Of a stretch of 10,829 nt of DNA, positions 1 through 8,320 are shown in pieces. The notes beneath the pieces were generated by a model, which saw nothing but the letters and a program-made list of their open reading frames with translations, did not search any database and was not told the origin of the DNA. Numbering within the stretch: position 1 is the first letter of the stretch; each line of letters starts with the position of its first letter. The translations under genes were made by a program, and so were the position numbers. Origin of the DNA: Azolla caroliniana (Eukaryota > Plantae > Polypodiophyta). The stretch spans positions 1 to 10,829 of the forward strand of contig JBHGNT010001225.1 in assembly GCA_043228905.1 (NCBI GenBank), read 5' to 3'.

Positions 1-1149
1 AATTATTGACTCTTGACGAGAGTTTGCTGCAGACTGTTTCAGTTGTGTTGCTTGATGGGCACCATGCATTCGGTTTTGCACCCTAGAGTCCTGATTCTCC
101 TCACTTTCATCATATCTACTAACACTGGAAACAGTTTCTGCCTGAATTGGCTGAAGCTCTGTTCCTTTGTCTACATGCTTTCCCCCTTGCATATCTCTAT
201 TATTGCAATTTGCATGTCCTGACTGCTTCTGCATCTTTAGTGGATTGACATGCTTTCTACCATGAAATTTTGGCAATCGCTTGGCATTGATTTCTTCAGA
301 AACAGATGTAGTTAAAACTGAATTATCGTTGGAAGAATGCTCAGGTTCTATACTTTCTCCAGAAATGAAGGCTGTAACTTCTTCCTTGTTCAAATTACTC
401 GCTTCCTTAACTTTATCCTTAGTGAAAGACTTGTCCTGCCCTTGTTTCCTGGCACCATTTGTGTGGGTGCAGATACCCCAGTCGCTTATGTCAATTTTTG
501 GTTTCTCATGAAACGCTGAGTTGATTCCATGCTCTTCTTCTTGGAGTTTTATTTCCATTTCCTTTTGCCCTTTTGAACTGCCTCCAGGATCTTGCTTTGC
601 CATTTCTTGCCATTGTTGCCTTGTTTCTTGCCTGTTTCTTCTACCTGTCAATTGATCCATCTGTAGGCACTCATCCCCCTCACCATGAGAACCACTCTCT
701 TCTTCTGGCATTTTATTTCCTTGCCTTTTCTGGATGTTCTGTCTGTTTTTACCTCGATTTGTCTGATCCATTTGCTGATTTCTTCGTAGAGTTTGTACAT
801 CTTGCTCATGTCCATGCTGTTCCTGACTATCTCCTGAAGGCTGCAACCCCTTCACCTCATGGACATGTCTTGAATTCGAGGTTTTTATAAAGTGCTGACT
901 GTGTAGAGGTGTTGCATTGCTCCCACTGACTTCCACTGATGCTTGTTTCGATTCAGCTTGATGATTCTGTTGGTAAGACTCTTCGTTAATCTCGTGTACA
1001 GTTGTTGTAGTCTTAATAGGTGCCCACACAAGACCTTCATTCATATGCAATCTGTCACTATCATGTGATTCATTCAGTTGATTCCTCTGAGAACTCCTTG
1101 AAACCTGCATTTTCCGTATCACATTTTTGTGTCGACCATCTTCTACCAC
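1..1149 (-). CDS. MOS1: Coding exon 11 (partial, runs off window): VVEDGRHKNVIRKMQVSRSSQRNQLNESHDSDRLHMNEGLVWAPIK...ANSRQESII
   Basis: 383 stop-free codons to base 1, missed by the ORF track because there is no stop in the window. It contains the MOS1-type VWAP(I/V)(K/R) motif. The phase-0 acceptor is TTGAAG|GTG at 1150/1149 or ATGCAG|GTT at 1105/1104. Confidence 0.85.
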   Translation of the reverse strand, partial: MVEDGRHKNVIRKMQVSRSSQRNQLNESHDSDRLHMNEGLVWAPIKTTTTVHEINEESYQQNHQAESKQASVEVSGSNATPLHSQHFIKTSNSRHVHEVKGLQPSGDSQEQHGHEQDVQTLRRNQQMDQTNRGKNRQNIQKRQGNKMPEEESGSHGEGDECLQMDQLTGRRNRQETRQQWQEMAKQDPGGSSKGQKEMEIKLQEEEHGINSAFHEKPKIDISDWGICTHTNGARKQGQDKSFTKDKVKEASNLNKEEVTAFISGESIEPEHSSNDNSVLTTSVSEEINAKRLPKFHGRKHVNPLKMQKQSGHANCNNRDMQGGKHVDKGTELQPIQAETVSSVSRYDESEENQDSRVQNRMHGAHQATQLKQSAANSRQESII

Positions 1150-1282
1150 CTTCAAGAGGGCAATAAGATGTTTTACAGGAAAATCCCTTATCAAGGAACT
1201 TGAACAGACTCAGTATAGTATGTATAAATAAGATCACATATTTTGCATGTTGCAAGAAGAGAGAAAAAATAGAATAGATAAC

Positions 1283-1389
1283 CTGTCCTTCTCCATGGCT
1301 AGGCATCAAGGTAGAAGTGTCGAATAAAGATAAAGTTTGCTTAACTGGTTCAGTTTCTGGAATCTTTGCAAAATGCACCGCATTCCTAT
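1283..1389 (-). CDS. MOS1: Coding exon 10 (107 nt): DRNAVHFAKIPETEPVKQTLSLFDTSTLMPSHGEGQ
   Basis: Part of ORF 1070..1411(-). Acceptor ATGCAG|AT (phase 1), donor CAG|GTTATC (phase 0), followed by a T-rich intron. Confidence 0.75.
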
Positions 1390-1495
1390 CTGCATGAGTT
1401 GGAGAAGACATTAAAATATGATTGACTTACATGTGCATACAATGACAGAAAAAACATTAGCTAAGAATAGTAGAAAAACGAGCTGCAAAGATCAC

Positions 1496-2923
1496 CAGAT
1501 ACAGTGGAATTTCCAGGCGAGCTGTTATCAGGGATATGGACCTTTGGTATAACCGCAGTTTCTTTACTATCTGCCGAGTTAAGTCCTCTTGCAATCTTGT
1601 GAAATGAATGTGATTTTCTCTTCACATTTATATATTGACCTTTCGTATCATTATCAGCTAAATGAAAATTTTGACTATCATCCTTTGCAATACCATTTTC
1701 TTCTGCTGGCTGATCCTCCGCTTGAGGAGATGCTGTGACCGTTTGGATCTGAAACTCAGTAGATTTGTTAAACAATTGAATTAATCTAGCAGATGGAGAC
1801 TGTGCTGTCTTTGAATCAGATGCTTCCTGCTCATTTCTTACCATGGGAATTGATAAATCTGGCTTTTCTTTCCCAATCTCATTTTTCTTGTTGAAATCTG
1901 CAGCAGGAGAAATGGACTTGCTACAACTATTATCAATGAAATTACCTTCTTGAGAGTCAATACTTTCAAACTCTCTGGTTACACTTTCCATCGTCGGTGG
2001 GTAATCTTCCTTCTTTGCTTGGAGTGTAACTTCTCTTTCTGAATCTACATTGGTGTCAGTAGAAAGATCGCACTTTAGCTTGATACTTGAATCAGTGTCC
2101 ACACAGTTATTACTTTTTAAAATGACATCCGGAGGCCTTTCACACCTAAAACTCATGTCCTGCATCTCATGTTGGATCTCTTGCTCCAAAATATCCACCT
2201 TCCTTAATAGTATGTTCTTATCAGTGTCTTGACATTTATTACTTGTCATCCCTTCCGTGTGTTTGTTCGACTTCAGCTCTTCATGTGGTAACTTCTCTAA
2301 GAATGTGACATGCCTGTGCATTGAAGTTGTGTCAGTAAACTTTTCAGCAGCTGTATTATTTCGAGGTATAAGACCGATCGAGTGATGCTCGAGTTTATGC
2401 TTCCATGATGAATTTGAGTTGTTCAATTCTTTGGATGTGTCCACTTGCACATTCTCAATAGAAGACATATTACCTATCTGCATTCCCAAATGGTCCTTAT
2501 GTTTCTGTTCAGACCACTTATCCCTCTGCTCCACGAATTCCTCGTTTGAACCATAATATCCTGCCCCTCCCACAGGTGAAGGCATATTACCAGTGACATT
2601 AGATTGCATAGCAAATCCTATTGCACTATGACCAGGACGTTCATGCAAAGGGTGGTATACCCCAAACCCTCTTGATCTACCGGACTCTGGAACAAAAACA
2701 TTAGGAGGATAACTACCATATACTCCATTCCCACCGACATAACGGTCTTCCCGATTATTTGGAGGAAACGGAGATGGCTGATATGATGCCCTTGGATATA
2801 CTCCTGACACCATAGGGAATCCATGAGTCCCTGAGACAGGTGAACCATGTTGTTGAAAAGAAGAATAGACATTATAGTTGCCTTCGAATCCAACATACAT
2901 CCCAGGACCACATGCGGCACCAC
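1496..2923 (-). CDS. MOS1: Coding exon 9 (1428 nt): G/Y/P-rich low-complexity segment followed by an acidic, probably disordered region
   Basis: Body of ORF 1461..2939(-). Phase-1 acceptor TTGTAG|GT at 2924/2923. Phase-1 donor CTG|GTGATC at 1496/1495 matches the next exon. The G/Y/P-rich middle resembles MOS1. The donor position is less certain. Confidence 0.85.
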
Positions 2924-3102
2924 CTACAATATCATCCACAAATATATCAAGATGGTGCTACATCATATGCACGATGTAATGATTGTATAAAGCTGTTTTT
3001 GTAACAGGTTAAAATGTGCAAAGAGACAATACAAGAAAATTCCATTAAATGAAAAATGTGACTGAACTCACATAAAACATGAATGTTAAGAAAAATACAA
3101 AA

Positions 3103-3295
3103 GTGAAATGATCATGCACTGCATGTTTCACATTTGCATCACTACATCAAGGAATTACAGCACGTAATTACAAGGGAATGGTTTGTATTGATACATGTTT
3201 TACATTCGATAATGGTGAAAGGACCATGCACTGCATGTTTCATATTTGCAACGCTAAATCTATAAAAAATAGCATTTAATTACGAGTGAATGGTT
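3103..3295. repeat. Degenerate intronic tandem duplication, 112-bp period (copies 3103-3183 and 3215-3295)
   Basis: Ungapped hand alignment gives about 65/81 identities, including an identical CATGCACTGCATGTTTCA. Confidence 0.9.
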
Positions 3296-3332
3296 CCCAT
3301 CCATAATATTGTAGCATAAAGAAGAATTGCAC

Positions 3333-3389
3333 CTGCATATGCCAAATGCATGCCATCTGCAGTCTCTGTCTGCCTCAAAGATGTTGTTT
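3333..3389 (-). CDS. MOS1: Coding exon 8 (57 nt, phase 1-1): ETTSLRQTETADGMHLAYA
   Basis: Long polypyrimidine tract plus CTCAG|AA acceptor, donor CAG|GTGCAA. It is stop-free in phase 1 and shares CTGCAGATG with exons 6 and 7. Confidence 0.65.
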
Positions 3390-4060
3390 CTGAGTTTGAT
3401 AGAAGGAACAGAGAAAAAAAATTATATATTAACATTTGCTATAGGCCGTAATGGCATATGCGAGAAATCATGATTACCAATTGCCAAAGAAAGAGATACA
3501 GATATGATGATGGCATATATCTACACAGAGCCAACTGGACCATGGGATATTGTCATGACTTCCAAATATCAAAGCAGCTTAGTGTCTTTATCTTTAAAAA
3601 TGAAACCTAGTAGTTGATCATGTTGTTTCTGTCTCTAATTTGATGGCACAAAGCAAGAAAGCAAGAAACCATACTAAGTGATACTTAACCAAAAACAAAT
3701 CATCATCCTTAGGAAAGCTTTGATACCTTGAAGTTGTTCATCTTATTTCTGTGTCAAGTTTGATGATAGAAACTATATAAAGCATTATGTCTTCGTGGAC
3801 ATAAGAAATTGTAAGATCGTCCACAGAATCAATAGAGTTTACCTGGGAAGAATTTATTCTGCCTAAAATACAAACAATGACTATACGAAAACTACATACA
3901 GCAATAAGAAATGTTGCAAAAAAAGTCTTTTTGCATGACTATCTTGATTCAAAAAACTACATTTCCACGGTCAACAAATGCACATATACCATAACATAAC
4001 ATATTCTAGCAGTAAAAATTATAGGGTCAAAGAAAAGAAGCAAGAAATTAGTGTTTATAC

Positions 4061-4126
4061 CACTTGAATAACCCAGCACCCGATTCTTGTTTCCATCTGC
4101 AGATATTGGTCGATTTGAAGATGATG
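4061..4126 (-). CDS. MOS1: Coding exon 7 (66 nt, phase 1-1): ASSSNRPISADGNKNRVLGYSS
   Basis: Acceptor ATGTAG|CA, donor GTG|GTATAA. Clear DNA and protein similarity to exon 6 (CGxCCAAxATCTGCAGATGxAAxCAA). It lies within ORF 3957..4157(-). Confidence 0.75.
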
Positions 4127-4617
4127 CTACATGAAATGTGAGGCAAATAAATGTCATATGTCAAATATGTTTGAGGAATCATCGCTGGAAATACAGTCAA
4201 GCTGAATAATAGCAACATCTTCACTAGAATAATTTGAAATACCATTTCATAAATCATACAGAAGACAAAAACACGCTTTCATATGCATGTCAAGGATTAT
4301 CTGGTAAAGAGGGAATCAGAAAGTGGTGCCTAGTGATCTGATTCATGCAGACCATATATCGAGGTAATTCGATGTATTCATTACATAGTTGTTGGCATTA
4401 TTTACTAGCATACTTTTACAACACTCCGATGCATAGAAGTTCAGCATATACATGCTAGGAGAAGTTGATGAGCTATGCATAGCAAAATAATGAGTGGTAC
4501 AAAGGGATTACCATACTGGTTAGCAACCAATAATTCACCATAAATTTGTGTAATATATATAAGTATTTTAGCTTTTTGTGAAGTGTAATACAAACAAAAC
4601 TTTTTTTAAATTATAAT

Positions 4618-4620
<3 letters not shown>

Positions 4621-4650
<30 letters not shown>
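4621..4650. repeat. (TG)15 microsatellite, intronic
   Basis: Perfect TG dinucleotide run read directly from the sequence. Confidence 0.99.
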
Positions 4651-4653
<3 letters not shown>

Positions 4654-4799
4654 AGACGCAGAATATCAGGACATTGTAAAGTATAAAAGAGGTGAATTTT
4701 CATTTTTTTCTTGTATGGAAACTACACCTTGTGGGCATAATGACAAAATAGGGACAACAGAGGTTTATGCTCCAGCATTTCAATTGCGATGATTCAAAT

Positions 4800-5700
4800 T
4801 TAAACCCTAGTTTTATTAGAATCAAGAAAATATTCTCAAAGCCCAAATTAAATTACCAATGCCTCAAAAAGACACTTGCATTGGATACCTCTAAGACCAT
4901 TCAAGTGGTTCGGAAAAATTAACCAATTTAGTAGCCTTCTAACATGGGGTAGATTCCACCCCTTCAACCAGTTTCAAAAAAAGAAACTTGGTTTAGGGTA
5001 GAAGAAGATCAAGATGATGCAAGCGATAAACTCAAAAAAGAAGTTCCTGATGTTTTTGCTTCAGTATGAGTTGTTTGAAAAGGTAAAATCCCACAAAGAC
5101 CTTTATTGCACAAACTTTAACTCCTTATTGATTAGTCCAGAGGATACTGTCATGGTTCATGTTAAAAATGCAAACAGCCTATAGGACGGTGGTATTCTTA
5201 AAGACAAATCAATCATAGAAGACAATGCTCCCTGTTACAGGGTTTAAACTTTGTTGAGGATGCTTATTAAAAGATGAAAATGGGAACTCGAATGGGTATG
5301 AAGCTTATGATCTCTATCATGCAGAATTTCAGAAGTTTGATGAACAATCAGGAGGATCAAATCGTGAAAAATTTGCAAAAAGTTGGATGAATGGACTTTT
5401 GCAGTGGTAAACACTCTCATGTCTATCAAAGCAGGTTTTAAAAGAGGTATTGGTGAAGTTATCTAGAATAATATCAGCAATCATGGAAATCTAAACAAAA
5501 ACCAGCAGAAAACTACACAAATTTTTGCTCAATTAGAAAACATAGGGTTCTCTACGAAAGATGTATGTATGACTGCAATAGAGGACAGTAGGCAACCAAC
5601 AGGAAGTATATGGATAACCACTAATTGGGATGAAGTGAGGCATGGAATAAAGCGAATAAAAATGCTTACTTTTGGTGTCAACTTTCTTGGTTCATTGAAA
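4800..5700 (+). mobile_element. Possible highly degenerate LINE (L1-like ORF2, region C-terminal to RT) remnant in an intron, antisense to the gene; boundaries approximate
   Basis: Broken + frames from ~4858 read ...HWIPLRPFKWFGKINQFSSLLTWGRFHPSTSFKKRNLV* and later VFASV*VV*K. These recall the 'FLWG...KK.HLV.W' and 'SIW..W' motifs of plant L1 ORF2. There are many stops and frameshifts, and no TSD or poly(A) was seen. Confidence 0.35.
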
Positions 5701-5957
5701 GCCTAAGAGTTCACACTCTCACCAGAATACAGCTAAGTATCTAAAGCATAGCTTTTACCCCAGTTCATTCCTTTTTCCTAAAGGAGGTACATTCAGTTAT
5801 CTTTCTCTTGGATGAGACAATATTTTCAGATCTCTTTTTGCTGTGTCCATAGACCATTTTTCATAGAGAGCTAATACATCTTTCCTTCTATCTATTTTCT
5901 AATGTAAGACAAGGTAGGTCTAAAATCTACAGAAAACGTGCATATTATTATCCACAC

Positions 5958-6026
5958 CTGAAAGAACTGAACGTTGGTGACCTTTGGTTGCATCTGCAGA
6001 TGTTGGCCGTCCCATCGCTGCATTGT
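5958..6026 (-). CDS. MOS1: Coding exon 6 (69 nt, phase 1-1): DNAAMGRPTSADATKGHQRSVLS
   Basis: Acceptor TTTACAG|AC, donor CAG|GTGTGG. It is in phase with exon 5 and has an RPxS motif at the position expected after DFPxLG. Confidence 0.82.
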
Positions 6027-6129
6027 CTGTAAATCACAAAGAACTGTTACAAAATAATAGCAGCTAAAGAGTGCAACATCAGGTTAAGGTAGCAATGGCC
6101 ATGCTGCTAACGAACAATATAAAAAGTTG

Positions 6130-6164
6130 AACTCTGCAGAAAAACTCTGCAGAAAAACCCTGCA
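6130..6164. repeat. 13-bp tandem repeat (AACTCTGCAGAAA) x ~2.7 abutting the exon 5 donor
   Basis: AACTCTGCAGAAA-AACTCTGCAGAAA-AACCCTGCA read directly. Confidence 0.9.
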
Positions 6165-6165
6165 C

Positions 6166-6262
6166 CTTGCTGGGGCCGAAGATTTGGATTCTTTTCACAT
6201 CCGAGTGTTGGAAAATCTACTGATGTCAAGGTGAAACGACTTGGCTGCAATTGCTCATCCAG
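6166..6262 (-). CDS. MOS1: Coding exon 5: LDEQLQPSRFTLTSVDFPTLGCEKNPNLRPQQ
   Basis: Acceptor TTGTAG|C, donor AAG|GTGCAG, 97 nt. F.LTS.DFP.LG is a conserved MOS1/BAT2 motif. Confidence 0.92.
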
Positions 6263-6403
6263 CTACAATGTACATAATACAGCACAAACAGTTCTATTAT
6301 GTATCTCAATTGGAGAACGTTCATCTCAAAACAGTAGAAAGACATGGAAATCTCTCACTGGTACAAAATGCAAGCAATTTTTTTGAAAACTTATCGTGCA
6401 TAC

Positions 6404-6644
6404 CTTGGCTGCAGCACCCCAAGCTTTGGTAGTATTTGCAGGACGAGTGCTTCCAGCAGATAAAGGTCGAGTAGCATTTTGGGCCAAGCCACCTACAGTG
6501 TTTGTTGAGTTCAACGTAGCTGATACATTTGATGCAATATTCCAAGCACCAGTAGTTACAGGTGCTGAAGACGCAAGGTCAACAGTTCCCCAGGAACTAC
6601 CAGCAGTCGGTGGTGACCGCCCTGACCCCCAACAAAATGTACCC
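6404..6644 (-). CDS. MOS1: Coding exon 4: (K)GTFCWGSGRSPP...RPLSAGSTRPANTTKAWGAAAK
   Basis: Core of ORF 6326..6652(-). Acceptor GTACAG|G, donor AAG|GTATGC, 241 nt. It continues the conserved PKGT..WGS motif. Confidence 0.92.
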
Positions 6645-6749
6645 CTGTACAAGAAAATTGCATGAAACGCTCAGCATCTAATTGAGAACAGATAAAAAGA
6701 AACAAACTGAAATAGACGGTGAAACATATTCAAGTAATCCGCTCAATAC

Positions 6750-6794
6750 TTTGGAACAATTTCCACGTTTGGGTCCAAGCCTCGATTCTCCAAC
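6750..6794 (-). CDS. MOS1: Coding exon 3: (K)LENRGLDPNVEIVP(K), BAT2_N domain
   Basis: Acceptor GTACAG|G, donor AA|GTATTG, 45 nt. LEN.GLDPNVEIVPK is highly conserved in MOS1. Confidence 0.95.
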
Positions 6795-6865
6795 CTGTAC
6801 AATGGCAAAAATGATTACGCCTTGCTAAGTATGTCACAAAAATCTTGGGGCATTTCAATATTTAC

Positions 6866-6949
6866 TTTTGACTGGGCAGATTAATTGGCTTTGGAACTGC
6901 AGGAATCTTTCCCAAGACAGTCATCCCTCTTCGTGCAGAAGTTCCCATC
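6866..6949 (-). CDS. MOS1: Coding exon 2: (R)MGTSARRGMTVLGKIPAVPKPINLPSQ(K), BAT2_N domain
   Basis: Acceptor GGCAG|G, donor AA|GTAAAT, 84 nt. VPKPINLPSQ is the signature BAT2/MOS1 motif. Not in the ORF track. Confidence 0.95.
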
Positions 6950-8320
6950 CTGCCAGCAGCTTGAAATTAGCATATAACCCTATAATTCAATAATTCACTA
7001 AAGTTGTACTTTGATTAATTATAACAGTATGTCCTATAGAAAAACTACAGAGACTGGATTCATGGAACAGAACCCTGGGGAACCATAAATACATTGATAT
7101 ATTAGTCTTTCTGCAGATCATATGCTCAAAACAAAAAGAGTCACCCCAAACATATACACAGGTTGATGTCAAAATCAAGTCCTTCTACTTTAAAATAGCA
7201 GAAATCTTAATTAACATACCAACCCCTGGTTTCAACTTTCAAGTGTCATACATCATTCAAACTCCAAGTCACTACCATAAAATCTAGGTGAAGAATAAAA
7301 ATGAGGAGATACAAATACTAGATTGCCTGTCACCAGCTTGCATTTCTCTTTAACAATTGGAAACATTCCCTGGCACTTTATAACCATGGCCTTAAGAATA
7401 GAAGATCCATGTGAGAATAGATTTCTTGTATATAAAAATTCAGCTCTTGCACACAACTGACATATTACTTGATCATGTGCAGGTGTGTGCATCAGTCCAT
7501 GAATCAATGACTGAGAGAGAGGGAGAAGGATGGACAAAGGAGGTGTAACGATAAATAACTGATTGACGGCATTTCTCAACAAGGATTACCAAAACTCTCC
7601 AGATGAGATGATGGATGCAATGATACCTATTGAAGCACGCAATTCAACTATTGCACACCACTTACAGATTGACACATGCATGTGCAAATGAATCAGTGAG
7701 CTAATCAGTAGATCAAGCAAGGAATAAGAAAAAGAGAAAAAGAAAGGGAGAGGGGGAGAGGAAAGAGGACAGAGGAATAATAAATAAATAACCAATGTTT
7801 ATAGAATTCAAATCTGCATTAAATGTGAGTGGGAATTATAGTGTGGAACATCCATCTCAAATAGAATAGCATCTCACCTATAGACTCAGTTTTAAATGAT
7901 TTTGAAAAATTCAAACTTTCTTCATCATTCCACAATAAATAAATAAGATTACGTCCAGATTGAAGTTCTAGGACAAACAAACAGAAACTACCATTCATAG
8001 ATTAAGGAGGTGCAAAGAGATTGAACCATAAATTAAGAAAATAGAGATCCCATCCTCCTTTGACAGCCAACTATCTAAGAAAGATGTAACTCAACCACAC
8101 TAAGATTCAACTCAACTCAAGAAAATTCATCTTCGTATAAGAAGTTAAAGGCTGACACTACGTTAATGTTACTTTTGCTTTCATCATCAAAGTGCTCTAT
8201 GTAGTTGTCCTAATGCTCCAACCACCGAGAAAATGTAAGCTACATCACGTGAGGATGACAGAAAACACTAGTGTTTGTGAAAAAGGAGTCCTGATGGCCT
8301 AAAATGCTAGTCAAATATTG

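Noticed and set aside
13-890. Plus-strand ORFs 13..222, 281..511, 337..519 and 573..890 (hydrophobic, L/F-rich)
   Set aside because: Antisense shadows of the purine-rich minus-strand exon 1149-1. The hydrophobicity is a compositional artefact.
1425-1430. Perfect GTAAGT donor inside intron 1495-1390
   Set aside because: It is only about 40 nt from the acceptor and lies after an in-frame TAG (1463-1461), so it is too short for a normal intron.
1461-2939. The 492-aa ORF as a standalone intronless gene
   Set aside because: It starts at GTG with no true initiator and is bounded by in-phase splice sites (2923, 1496). It is an internal exon of the MOS1-like gene.
6241-6665. Overlapping ORFs 6241..6432(+), 6396..6665(+) and 6321..6545(-)
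   Set aside because: Antisense or alternative frames over exon 6644-6404. Only the 6326..6652 frame matches MOS1 and the splice phases.
7253-7795. Minus-strand intronic ORFs 7253..7582 and 7586..7795
   Set aside because: No recognisable family, and the MOS1 N-terminus is continuous across this intron. 'HGSSILKAM' faintly recalls a LINE ORF2 motif but is too weak to call.
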